NCBI GenBank assembly: GCA_010093605.1
Contig: MU004183.1
Location: 434,001 to 498,000 of the forward strand
From: Lophium mytilinum
Taxonomy: Eukaryota
Direction of reading: 5' to 3'
DNA: 64,000 nt
The translations under genes and the position numbers were made by a program. Under the pieces are notes generated by a model. It saw only the letters and a program-made list of their open reading frames with translations, made no database searches and had not been told where the DNA came from. Positions 13,501-26,972 of the stretch are shown piece after piece (position 1 is the first letter of the stretch; every line of letters starts with the position of its first letter).

Positions 13501-16500
13501 ACCTTAACGAAGCCGGACTTGCCAGATTCAAAGACCACGACCACGTTGAACTATCATTCGATTACTTGGGTCTTTACCATCAACTCGAGCGATCTGGCGC
13601 GCTTTTGACTCAAGTTCCTGGCTACCAGGCCATTTTTGAGGATGTTGGGAAGGAAACTCCTCGGTTCGCCCTCGTTGAAATCACCGCCGAGGTCATTCAA
13701 GGACAGTTGCAACTCTTATTTGTGTTCAACAAGAATATGAAGAACCAGGACTTGCTGCAAGCCTGGGTGCAAGCTACGCAATCATGTCTCATTGACTCCC
13801 TTTCCCAACTGCGGAACCGCCAGCACGAGCTGACACTGGCGGACTTCCCCCTACTAAAGCTTTCCTACAACGACTTGGATAACCTAATCCACTCCAAACT
13901 ACCAGCACTCGGCATCACAAATATCGCATGCGTTGAGAGCATCTATCCAAGCTCTCCGATGCAACATGGCCTACTAATGTCTCAGGTCAGGTCAGGGGAG
14001 TCACAAGGCTGCTACGAATATAACCATACCCTCAAGGTACAGAGCCGGAGCCCTTCAAATATCCTTGAAGTTGGAAAACTGAAGTCCGCGTGGCAAACAG
14101 TGGTCCAGCGTCATAGCTCTCTACGAACCGTTTTCATAGAGAGCCGAGGAGGACTCTATGACCAGATATCCCTGAAGAAAATCGGCTCAGAAACAGTCGC
14201 CATCTACGAATGTCAGCAAGAAGAGGTTGAGAGAGTGTTTGAATCGCAACAACGACTTGTATTCCAGGTTGGGCAGCCTCTCCATCGATTTACGATCTGT
14301 CAGATCTCGTCCAATACTGCTATCTGCAAATTGGAGATTAACCATGCAATCATCGACGGCTCCTCTATTGCAAACCTTCTGGGGGACTTCATCCTTGCAT
14401 ACGATGGTGCAATCAGCAATCGAAACGGCTTCGATTTCGAAGACTATATCACGCATATTCAAAGCCGTCCAATAGGCTTAGCCATTGATTTCTGGACCGA
14501 GTATCTCTCAGAGGTCACCCCCTGCTTTTTTCCCCTCCTTGCTGGCCTCGAGGACGCCTGCGACGTATCAAAAAAGCTAGAGACCATCAGCATTGACGTT
14601 GGAATTTCAATTGAGGACTTGACCGCGTACTGCGGGAACAGAAACGTTACACTGGTAAATGTTTTCCAGCTCGCATGGGGTCTACTCCTACGAAAGTACG
14701 TCGGCTCAGATGACGTATCCTTTGGATATCTCTCGTCCGGACGAGACGCACCCTTGGATGGCATCGAGGAAGGTGTCGGTGCCTTTATCACTATGCTAGT
14801 TTCTCGCATGGAGCTTAAAGATTCTGTGTCCATATCAACCACCCTCGACAAAGTCGCCGACGATCTGACTCGCGCTCTGCCGAATCAGCATTGTGGCCTA
14901 GCAGAAATTCATCATGCGTTGAAAATGGGTAGCCAACCGCTATTCAATACCATCATTTCGTTCCACAAGGAAACAGATCATGAAATATTGACAGATTCGA
15001 CTATCAAAGTGGAGGCCCTTGAAGGCTATGACCCGACGGAGGTAAGCAACCCTTAGTGTACAGTGCCTCATCAAAGAAATCGGTACACTTGTTCACCACT
15101 GTTTGAGGCACCTCTTCAGACAGTGGTAGACAAATGTACGGATTTCTATGACGGATAATTGTAGTATGAAACGTATTAGTTTCCCCACTGATTTGGTTTC
15201 TAGTACGCACTCGCTCTTGATGTTGGGATCACGGAGACCAAGATCAATGTCAGCTTGCAATACTGGACATCAGACTTCACCAGAGATCAGGTGAAAAACA
15301 TAGGTGCAACACTTGCGAAAGCTGTCGAGACTACCGTCCATCAGGCCGATAAGAGAGTTGGAGAATGTGATCTCGTCAGCAAGGAGCATCTCCGCCAACT
15401 CCAAACCATCACGGATGTGTATCCCGAAGTAACGATGGAGTGCATACACGAGGCAATAAAGGTTCAGGTCCTTGCACGCCCCGACGCCGAGGCTATATGC
15501 TCTTACGAAGGAAGCTGGACCTACAAGGAGCTTGATGAACAATCTACCCGACTTGCGCACCACCTCATCACTCTTGGAGTGGGCCCGGAAGTCATCGTTC
15601 CTTATTGCTTCCAAAAGTCAGCATTGGCCATCATCTCGATGCTCGCAATCTTGAAAGCAGGCGGCGCGGCAGTTGCTCTTGATCCAGGACATCCGGTCAA
15701 TCGACTCGAAGGACTCATCGAGCAGACAGATTCGAGGATAATTTTAGCCGCGCCTGCTAATGTTCATATCTTCAAAGACACCCCAGATGTTAAATACGTT
15801 TTGGGGATCGATCTAGACTTCATCACCAGCCTAGAGCAACCGCCGGGTAACCCTTGCTCAACCGTACAGCCTTCGAATGCAGCCTTTGTGGTTTTCACGT
15901 CCGGAACAACGGGAAAGCCCAAGGGCATCGTTCTTGAGCACTACAATCTGCGAACCTGCGCCGTTGCAATGGGGCCGGTTCTTGGATTCGGCCCAGACAC
16001 GCGCGCACTGCAGTTCGCGGCGTACACGTTTGATGTCTCTCTACAGGACATTTTTACAACTCTTCAATTCGGTGGCACTATTTGCGTCATCTCTGACGAT
16101 GAGCGCTATAACGATCTCGCCGCTGGAATCAACTCTCGAAGGGCTAATTGGGCTGATTTGACTGCCACCGTGAGTGGCATGCTACGACCCTCCGATGTAC
16201 CGACTATGAAACGCTTGAATAACGGCGGCGAGCCTCTGAATCGCGATGTGGTTGAGACCTGGGCGGATGCCGTTGAACTTCACAATCTTTATGGACCGGC
16301 GGAGACGACAGTTAATCAAACCGCCAGCAAGCGACTCTCAAAAACTTCTGCAGCGACAAATATTGGCCCTGCCTATGGAACTCATGTGTGGATTGTCAAT
16401 GCAGCAAACCCAAACCAACTCGTTCCAATCGGTTGTGCTGGAGAGATTCTCATCGAGGGACCGTTACTGGCAAGAGGGTATTTGAAAGATCCTGTCAAGA

Positions 16501-19500
16501 CCGCCGCTGCATTCATCGAGAATCCGGATTGGGTCCACCTTTTCCCAACCTCTGGAACCATCCGTCGGTTCTACAGAAGCGGAGATCTTGGCTTACTCAA
16601 TACCGATGGGAGTATCACTATCGTTGGCCGACGTGATACGCAAGTAAAGATTAATGGGCAGAGAGTTGAGCTTGACGAGATAATGCATCAGATACAACAG
16701 CTTTTACCAGAGGGGTACCAAACTGTCGTTGACGCGATCTCCGTTGAGCAACACACCAAGAGCAAGACTATCATTGCTTACGTCTGCTCCCCGGAATTTA
16801 GCCACAACGACCAAGCAAGCCTAGTAATCTCGGATGACTTGAGAAAGCTATTCAAGAGCTTGCAAGGGGCGTTGGCGAAAGTATTACCATTCTACATGAT
16901 ACCTTCGCTCTTCGTGCCTATTTCCAAGATTCCGTCCACTCAATCGGGTAAGATGGACCGTACGGCACTGAGACAGATTGTCTCTGGTTTCTCGAAGGCC
17001 CAAATTTCCCACTACATGCTCCGAGATACCTCAAAGTCTCTACCGAGGACGGGGATGGAACGACTTTTCCAGAGCCTGTTCAGCGAGACTCTCAGCATTG
17101 AAGCCGAAACAATCAGCAGGGACGACAACTTCTTTGGCCTGGGAGGCGACAGTGTTGGAGCAATGAAAATGGTGGCAGCGGCACGAAAGCACAACACCAT
17201 CATTCGAGTGTCAGATATATTCAAGCATCCAAATCTTGACGATATGGCCACCGTAGCCAAGATGGCCGACGACCAAAAGTCAACCGAGCAGATTGAACCT
17301 TTCAGTCTGATTCCCCTCAACGGTTCACCACTCGAAAAAGTCATCGCAGATGCAGCGGCACACTGCAACCTTCCAACCGCAGATATTGAAGACATATACC
17401 CAACCTCCGCACTCCAAGAAGGTCTCATGGCCTTAGGAATGAGGAAAACAGGAGCTTACATTGCGCAAAAGACTTTCAAACTTCCATCGCAGAATTTCGA
17501 TTTATCTCGCTTCTACTCTGCGTGGTTCACAGTCGTTGAACAAGAAGCTATCTTGCGAAGCCGTATCATCCACTTGCCACTGTCGGGAAGCCTCCAAGTC
17601 GTCCACAGACGAGCACTTGAATGGCAAGAAGCAGATGACCTGGAGAGTTACCTTACTAGCGATATGCTTTCTCCTTTCCAATACGGGGATCCATTAATGC
17701 GAGTGGCCATTGTCAAGGAGTCAAAGTCCGCAGTCTACTTCGTCTGGACAGCTCACCACGCGATCTACGATGGATGGACCATTTCTCTACTGTTTGAGAA
17801 AGTTGCTCAAGCCTACCGAGGAGACCTTGTAGCAGACTCTGTACCGTTCAAAGCGTTCATTAATCGCCTCGGCGAGGTGTCCAATGCCGCAAACATAGAC
17901 TTTTGGAAAGATGAACTCAAATCCCAAGGAAGCTTCCCCACCAGCTTTCCCATCGTTGGGCACGGATATACCGCAGGTCCAAAGAAAACTATTACTCATC
18001 ATGCTACAGCACCGCGCATCACTTCCAACATTCTACCTTCCACTATCAAAAAAGCTGCATGGGCGCTGACACTCGCCACTTACGCGGATTCGGAGTCTAT
18101 CGTTTTCGCTTCAACCGTCTCCGGGCGGAATATTCCAATTTCCGGAATCGACTCAATGATGGGTCCCACCATCACAACAGTCCCAGTGAGTGTTTTGTCG
18201 CCAAAACCAGGCACAACCATTGCCCAATTCTTGGATGCTGTTCAAATCCAATCAATCAATTGTACGTAAGCTCCCAGCACAGATGAAAAGTCTTCCAGCT
18301 TTTGCGGTCGTGTGTACACCCGTCTGCCACTGCTTGGAGTGCCTCAACAGGTTTTCAGACAGTACAAAGCTGAGAGTAATCCTCTCATTTGTATTTGTAA
18401 AAATGCATTGAAGCACCACAAACAGCGGCAGACAGGTGTATAAGATTCAGAATGCGGTTGAGTGTGCTACCTTTTTTATGCCCCACAGGGCTTTGAAGAC
18501 TCGAGGGCGATCTGGTCCTGAAATATTTGCTAACTTTACTGCCACCTTTAGCGATGGAATTCGAGCACTTCGGTCTGCAAAAGATTGGCGAAGTCAGCAC
18601 CGAGGCTCGCGCTGCCATTGACAGCATAACGAATCTCTTTGTATTGCAGCCGGCTGGCGAAGACAACGACTCTTTTCTCGGCATGGATCCTCTTCCAAGG
18701 CCGGACACAAACTTTGACACTTATCCGCTCGTGGTTCTATGTAACTTGGGCAACAATGGAGACTTCAGCGTCGAAGCAATGTTTGACGAGGAAATTATTC
18801 CTACAGATCGGATGACACGCATGCTCCATCAATTCGAGCATTTTGTCCAGGAACTTTCCACAGATACCCATAAGTCTATCGAAGAGATAGGCCTCAACCC
18901 ACACGATCTCAAGGCCATTACAGAATGGAATGCTGAGCTTCCCGCGAGCATCGATGCCCGAATTCCGGACCTTGTACTCAAGAATGTGGAAACAAGACCC
19001 GATGCTGAGGCAATATCCGCATGGGATGGCTCCGTCACTTATAGGCAGCTCGACATCGTCTCTGCTAAACTCGCAAGCCATCTCATTTCTCTTGGCATTG
19101 GCCCAGAAATCAAAGTTGGGCTTTGCTTCGACAAGTCCATGTGGAATATAATCTCCATGTTTGCAGTCATGAGAATCGGTGGTGTCTGCGTGCAGCTCCT
19201 GCCCAGTTACCCGATGCCAAGAATGCTGAGTATCCTTGATGATATCGAGGCGTCAGTTGTGCTAGTGTCTCCTCAACATGCTGCTCTTTTCGATGGCATC
19301 GTTCCAAACGTTGTATGTATTGAGTCTTCGTTTGTTGATTCTCTGGTGCAGAAAGACTTTGAAATCCCTCAGTACGGGCCCGAAAACGCCGCATTCATCG
19401 TCTTCACCTCAGGCAGCACGGGAAAGCCTAAGGGCGTAATCATCGAGCACCGCGGATTTACTACAATGGCCCACTATCAGCTCCCTCAGATCCTTCTCAA

Positions 19501-22500
19501 TCAGGACTCTCGGGTTCTTCAATTCGCAACCCACACATTCGATATTTGCTTGTTCGAGAGCTTTGCACCTCTGGTGACTGGCGCACGCGTCTGTGTCCCA
19601 TCTGAATACGACCGACTGAACAGCCTGGTTAGCGCCATCAACAGTTTGAGAGTGGATTGGATTATCATGGTGTCAACAGTTGCCGATACCTTCCATCCCG
19701 ACGAGGTACCAGGGCTCAAATCAATGGTTCTCGGAGGTGAACCACTTCGTGCTGATATCCATGACCGATGGGCTAACCGAGTCTGCCTCTTCAACGACTA
19801 TGGCCCTGCTGAGTGCTCTATTTTGGCGGTGATGACTCGATCATTCGCTGATACTCCTCCCTCGATGATAGGGAAGGGTCATGGGTGCAGGACATGGGTT
19901 ACCGACAAGGTAGACTCCGACCGTCTCTTGCCAGTCGGCTGCATCGGCGAGCTCCTTGTTGAGGGTCCTCTTCTTGCGAGAGGCTATCTCAAGAATCCAG
20001 AAAAGACTGCGGAATCCTACATCACTGCTCCTGGCTGGGCGTCCTCTGTTCAACCTCCGCCTTCGAGGCTCTACAAGACTGGAGATCTGGTCCGGTACAC
20101 GAAGGATGGCAATATGATCTGTTTAGGTCGTAAGGACACACAGATCAAAATCCGGGGACTTCGTGTTGAGCTTGGAGAAATAGAGCACCATATCAAAACC
20201 AGCTCATTTGGAGCTCGACATCTTGCTGTTGAAAAGATCCTGATTGGTGGAGACATCGAAAAGGCGGCTTTGGCGGCATTTCTCGTGCCTTCAGAGAATG
20301 AAGACAGCCAGAACGAAGTCCTTCCTTTATCCGACGCACTAAACGCCAAGTTCTTGCAGCTAAGAGATCATGTCGGACAGTCGTTACAGAGTTATATGGT
20401 TCCGTCCCTGTTTATCCCGCTGAGGAGAATGCCGGAGACACAGACTGGCAAGATCGACCGCAATGCATTGAAGAGGATTGGAGCCGGCTTGACACTAGGC
20501 GAATTTGAGGCTTACTCTTTAGCAGACGCTGAGGATTCGGCTCCACGACGCGCTCCATCAACGGCCATCGAGAAGATACTACAGTCGATTTGGGCACAGC
20601 TCCTGAATATTGACCCTCTATCCATCAGCGCAGACGACAGCTTTTTCAAGAAGGGGGGAGATAGTATTAAAGCTATGAGGCTAACCTCCATGGCCAGATC
20701 GGCAGGTTACAAGCTAATTGTTGCGGATATCTTCAAGAGCCCGGTATTGGCTGATATGGCGGCGGCAGCAGTTCCCGAAAATGTCTCGGTGATACCATCC
20801 GCAATCCCACCGTTCAAAGTCGCTTCAGGAGGGGATATCACAAACCTGATCGAGGAATCAGCTGCCCAATGTGGAGTCGAAAAAAGCGCTATCGAAGACA
20901 TATATCCATGCACCCCTCTCCAGGCCGGTCTGATGGAGCTTGCGACGCAACAAGGGACCGCTTACACAGCTCAAAGAGTCTTCCGCTTCCCCGCCGATAT
21001 CGACATAACTCGTTTCAAAGAGGCTTGGACCCAGCTTGTTGCCCTCAATCCCATCTTGAGGACACGAATTATTTTGTCCGGGTCTGGGGCAATGCAAGTT
21101 GTTATCAAAGAAGGCATTTCCTGGCAAACCGAAACCTCTGTTTCCGAATATACCGGAAATGACAAACTAGTCGAAATCCACTATGGTAGTCCCCTTGCAC
21201 GATATGCGCTGGATTCCGACCACAGGCACTTCATCTGGACAGTGCATCATGCTCTTTATGACGGGCATAGCGCGAATCTGGTCATGGAACAGCTAGAAGC
21301 CCTCTACGAGGGGTCTCAGACTGCACCCGCAACGGGCTACAATCACTTCATCAAGCTGATCGAAGACGTCGATCCAATAGCCTCCAAGACATTCTGGAGT
21401 CAGCAGCTGAACCAAGGCATACCTCAGAGCTTTCCTACACTTCCTTCCGCCACCTACCAACCGTCGCCTGATCGCGAAGTCACGAAATCCATCCACATTG
21501 TGTCCAGCGGAACCGACTTCATGCTCTCAACGATTCTTCGAGCTGCTTGGGCCATTGTTACGGGTCGATACATGAGCTCCAACGAGGTCGCATTCGCTGC
21601 CACTTTGTCTGGGCGGAACGCGCCCATCCCAGGCATCGAAACCATTGTAGGCCCAACGATTACTACTGTTCCTATCCAGATCCAGATGAAATCAGATGAG
21701 CCAGTGGCCCGGTTCTTGGGAAGAGTGCACCAACAACAAGCCGATATGATTCCTTTCGAGCACGCAGGCCTCCAAAATATCTACGCCATGGCAGGTGACA
21801 GGCAGAATCTTAAGAATCTCTTCGTCATTCAGCAGCCGCTCACGGATCTGACGAATGGGCCCGAGGGCAGTCTTCTCGATGAGATCCTCGATAAGGATCT
21901 TCTCCGGGGATTCCATACATTTGCCGTTGTTGTAGAGTGTATGATCATGAGTGAGAATAAAGTCGATATAGAGCTCCAGTTCGATCACAAAGCTTTGCCG
22001 GAAGCATCGGCTCGAATGGTTCTCGACCAATTTGAGCATGTTGTTCACCAATTGACCGAGGCGCCTTCATCTAGTCCCCTTGGAGACATCGACTTAGTTA
22101 CGCCGGCACACTTCCAACAAATGATTGAATGGAACAACATGGTTGATGTCCAGAACGTAGAGGACTGTATTCACAACATCTTCCGAGAGCAAGTCAAACT
22201 CCAGCCAGACGCAGAAGCAGTCTCGTCGTGGGATGGCTCCCTTACTTACCAGCAGTTGGATCACTTGTCTGAGAAGCTGGCCGCCTACTTAGTTGAAAGA
22301 GGTGTCAAACCAGAATACCTCGTGCCCATGTGCTTCGACAAATCTCTTTACGCAGTGGTCTCCATGATGGCCGTGCTCAAAGCTGGGGGAGCTTGTGCTC
22401 ATCTAGGAAGAACTCAGCCTATCGCGCGTATGACCCAGATTATCCAGGAAACCGGCGCCAGCATTGTTCTCACGGATAGACTCCATGGTGACCAATTTGT

Positions 22501-25500
22501 GGGCATTGCAGATTCTATTGTAATCGAGGAAGAGCTCTTCAGCACCCTCTCCTCGAATGCGCAACTCCCTCAAGTTTCTTCTTCAAATCCGGCATTTGTC
22601 CTATTCACCTCTGGCTCTACTGGAAAGCCCAAGGGTATCGTGGTCGAGCACGGTTCGCTCTGTACCAGCTCTAAGGCCCACGGTACGAACAGAAAAGTGG
22701 GCCCTCATACCCGTCTCCTTCAGGTAAGAATTCTTCGAGAGTCTTCACAGCTAAGACTAACATAAATCAGTTCGCCGCCTACACTTTTGACGTGGCTACT
22801 GCGGATGTATTTACGACTCTCCAGCGAGGAGGTTGCATCTGCATACCCTCAGAAGAAGAGCGTGTCAACGACCTACCTGGAGCCATCAACCGGACGAAGG
22901 CCAATTATGGGTTCCTGACTCCAACTGTCGCTGGAATGCTGGATCCGAAGAGCGTTCCAACCTTGAAGACGCTCATTTTGGGGGGTGAACTACTCACTCA
23001 AGATAACGTCAAGACGTGGGCTCCTCTGGTTCGTCTGATAATTAGTTACGGGATGGCAGAGTGCAGCATCCACTGCATGGATGCGGTTCCGTTGACATTG
23101 GAGAGCGATCCCGCAAATCTCGGCCGCCCTTCTGGATGTCTGATGTGGATAGTCGATCCGGAAGATCATGATAAGCTGGCGCCTATCGGAGCTGTGGGAG
23201 AACTGATGATCGAAGGTAGAATGGTCTCTCGCGGTTACCTCAACGACACGGAAAAGACAGATGCAGCCTTCATCATTGAACCTACTTGGGCGCAAGGCAG
23301 CGGCTCACCACGCCGCATGTACAAAACTGGCGATCTCGTCAGGTACAGCGCTCAAGGCGAAATTTGCTATGTCAGTCGAAAGGACTTCCAGGTTAAGCAC
23401 CATGGCCAAAGGATTGAGCTCAGTGAGATTGAGCACCATCTCGCCACCGACATCCGTGTGAAGCACACTGTATCACTGCTGCCAAAAGCAGGCTATCTCA
23501 AGAAGAAGCTCATAACTGTCCTTTCGTTTGAGTCGCTCGCTTTGCCACTCAATAAGGACTCTCAACTTGCGTTGATTACCGGACTGGATAAAGGCATGGC
23601 CGAAGTCCAGATCGCCTCAGTCCGCAACAACCTCGCGACAATCGTCCCGGAGTATATGGTCCCAGCATTATTCATTGTTGTGCGCGCCCTCCCTCTAACT
23701 CCCAACGGAAAGCTTGATAGAGTCACCACCCTCAAGTGGATTGAAGATATGGAAGAGCATATGTACGAATTGATCGCTGGCGGAAACGAAGACGAGGATG
23801 GATGGGCTACTGCAGCTACCGAGCAGCAAAAACGGCTGCAGGAGATCCTAGTTGAGGTCCTTGGCTTGCCAGGAATCAACATGAACCGGTCTTTTCTGGA
23901 TCTGGGCGGCGACAGCATTACTGCTATGCAACTCCGAGCGAAGGGCCAGGCGCAAGGCATTTCCCTCAGTGTGAGAGACATCATCACGTGCGAGAGCATT
24001 TCCCATCTCGCCATGCAGGCAAAGTTTCTTGAAGAGGGTGTGAACGAATTTGAAGAGGTGGTTGGGAAGCCGTTCCCATTGACTAACTGGCAGAAAGCGT
24101 GTCTTGATTCTACGGTACCGCAGACTCAGACAGTCGTACTGCGACTAGCCGAGTCTACTACGGTACCAAAGCTTGTCCGAGCGATCGAGGCGCTTATCCA
24201 GCACCATTCTATGCTTCGGGCGCGACTTACACGAAATGCCGAAGGAAGCTGGAAACAAGTTGTTACCAAAGAGCTCACCGGATCCTACGCTTTCGAAGCT
24301 CACACTTTGTCCACGAAGGCAGAGCTTGACTCTTATTTACCCAAAATGAGAGATATATTGGACATCGAAACCGGACCTCTCTTCGTAGTACATCTTTTCG
24401 ACGTAGTGGAGTCAGCCCAGGAGCAACAGCTGATAGCGATTACGATTCATAACTCGGTCGCAGATGCGACTTCGATGCGCATCATTGTAGAGGATCTCCA
24501 AGAACTATTGCAAGGTGGCATGATTTCTTCCAAAAAGGCGGCATCATTCCAAGCTTGGCTCAACTCTGCTCACGAGCTACCGCCGTATGAGTTACCCCAG
24601 GATACCATTAGTCCTCAAGCGGGATGTCACGTTCCGCCCTCTTCAACTCATGAAGTGGGTGAAACCACTTGTGTTCCACCCTTCCAGCTGTGCCAGGAGC
24701 CCTCTAACGAAGAAGAGGCCGTCGACAAGGAAGAGATTCAGTTCAACATGTCCGCCTGGGGTGTCTCGGACTTTGAGAAGTCACTCACCCTTACGGCGGA
24801 CACCTCTTCTCTGCTACTGGGCGTCAGCAACGATGCTCTTTCTACACAACCTAAGGACATCATCATTGCTTCCCTAACCCACGCCTTAGCTGCAAGCAAG
24901 CTACCCACAGTCATTTCCATCAAAGAAGATGGCCGGAACTCCAGGACAGTGGGACAGTTCAATCGCATTCGTGAGTTCGACGAAAGCGGTAGCCAGGACC
25001 TTGTCCAACTCCTCAGTAAAGCTAAGGATTTTCGCGTCCAGAATGAGGCCAATCTGCGCCTGATGCAATCTTCACCAAGCTTCACTGGAGTACTCTTCGA
25101 ATACTTGGACACCACTTTTAGCCTCGACAATGGAATTGTCCTAGATTGCGTTGAAGTCTCCCCACAGGAGTCCCAAGTGCCTTCCGCAGTACTCGATATC
25201 TCCGCCAAAGTTTCCAATGGCAGCATTACGATCAAAATACGGGTGCACAGCGTCAGCCTCGCTATTCAAGACTCGATCTGTGGCCTTGTCGATTATTTGT
25301 CGCTCTCCATGCCAGTCTTTGCAAAGAAGCTTGCCACAATGTCTCGCATGGCGACCTTGACCGACTATCCTCTCCTCAAGATGGAGTACGGCCACCTCCC
25401 TGAATTAGAAAACGTAATCCGCAATGTGGGGTTAAGTTTCGATCGTATCGAAGCTATTGTACCTTGCACACCACTCCAGACCCGAATGCTAGTCAGTCAG

Positions 25501-26802
25501 CAACGAACCCCAGGGACTTACCAGTCAGATACCGCGCACATAGTCTCCGCCCCAGGCGATAGTGAAGTCGACATTGCAAAGCTTAGCCTGGCATGGGAGA
25601 AGATCGTAGCGCGCCACGAAGCCCTCCGCACCGTGTTCGTTCCGTCCGTGACTCGACCGGGCGAATATGACCAAGTCGTTTTGAAAGACTATAAGACTGC
25701 TATAGGCGTTCTCACCGAGTGCGATCAATCAACAATCCTTGAAACCGTTCGGACCCATACCTCACTCACGAGCGCCTACACCCCGCAAGCCGCACTTTCG
25801 ATTTTCCAGTGTGGTTCAGCACCGTCTGGGGTGGCCCAGGAAGCCGGGCCTGGACAAGACGTATACTGCAAACTCGAGATTAGCCATGCGCTTCAAGATG
25901 GCATGTCAACGAGGAAGATTTATCAAGACCTCGTCCTCGCGTATCAGGACCTCCTTGCAGCCGGACCCGCGCCCAGCTTCCGGCGGTACGTTGAATGGAT
26001 AGAGAAACAGGACTTAGCGCCATCGATCGACTTCTGGACAAGATACTTAGGAGAAAGCAAAGCATGCCATATGCCTCGCCTCGAACATGCAAAGGAAGAG
26101 GCCAAGGGCCAGCACCAACTCATTGGATTCCCGGAACTTGGTGTCTCGGCCGCCGACATCACCAATATGTGTAGAACGAACAACCTCACGCCTGCGACGC
26201 TCTTCCAAGCCGCATGGGTCCTCGTTCTGCGCCAATTCACCAAGCAGGACGACGTTCTATTCGGCTATATCACGGCAGGGCGGGACATCGACATCCCCGG
26301 CGTCGAAGACATCGTTGGCCCAATGATCAACATGCTCGCGTGCGGCATGCACGTCGATAGCAACATGACGAGCGGAGAGTTGCTGAAAGCGACGCACGGG
26401 AGCTGGCTGCAGACGCTAGAGCACCAGCACGGACTGGTGGGTGCGGCCGCGGCAGTGGAGAAGAGGGACGGACGGCTACCGTGGAACTCTGTCTTGAGCA
26501 TCGAGTATTCTGGGTCGGACGATGCCGGTGCGGATGCGTACTTCCCCAGTAGCGGCAGCACGGCTGGCTCGTCGCCGCTGAACTTCGAGACTGTCTATGG
26601 AACTAGATCACCTGAGTTCGATGTTGTGCTCGGCGTGTTGCTGGGTGAGAGGAGTGTGGAGGTGCAGTTGGGGTATTGGGATGGGGTGATTGATAAAGCG
26701 GTGATGGATGAAGTGCTTGTCATGTACAAGAGGGTATTGGAGGAGTGGGTTCAAGCTGGTGATCTGGGGGACCGCGTTGGGGAGATGAAGGTCATTGTTT
26801 AG
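10512..26802 (+). CDS. Four-module nonribosomal peptide synthetase (A-T-E-C-A-T-C-A-T-C-A-T-E*-CT), ~5,246 aa
   Basis: Introns 11153-11203, 15042-15203, 18262-18551 and 22724-22770 join five ORFs in frame. Four A domains (FTSG[S/T]TGxPKG), four T domains (GGDS), E domain HHVLIDLVSW, C domains NHAIIDG, HHAIYDG and HHALYDG, a degenerate E-like HNSVAD, and terminal C SHALQDG. Confidence 0.95.
15061..15161. mobile_element. 101-bp TA-flanked palindromic MITE in NRPS intron 2
   Basis: 48-nt imperfect inverted arms (15061-15108 and 15114-15161) around a 5-nt loop, with TA at 15059-60 and 15162-63. Arms match those of the FAS-intron element (CAGTGCCT...AGAAATCxGTACA...ACCACTG). Removal leaves a 59-nt intron. 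Confidence 0.8.
18311..18479. mobile_element. Related MITE-family copy in NRPS intron 3
   Basis: Inverted arms TACACCCGTCTGCCACTGCTTGGAGTGCCTCAA / TTGAAGCACCACAAACAGCGGCAGACAGGTGTA. Collinear with the copy at 40016-40215 and with the inner part of the FAS element. Exact ends are uncertain. Confidence 0.7.
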
Positions 26803-26972
26803 AGTCGTGTTTTTATTTTCTTTCTGTTTCGTTGTCATGTTTCTTGAGTTTGGGGTTTTGGAAGTTGGCGTTTCGGTCCGCTTAGCATGGAGTCCTGAGC
26901 TATTACTATGAGAAACAAAATACCTTTGTATCACTCACGATGCTAACCAACTTTCATATCTTGATGCTTTTC

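Noticed and set aside
18266..18271. Alternative GTAAGC donor in NRPS intron 3
   Set aside because: It would frameshift against the 18551 acceptor; only GTACGT at 18262 keeps the frame.
11193..22791. NRPS split into five ORFs, suggesting a pseudogene or several genes
   Set aside because: Each break is bridged in frame by a canonical GT..branch..AG intron.
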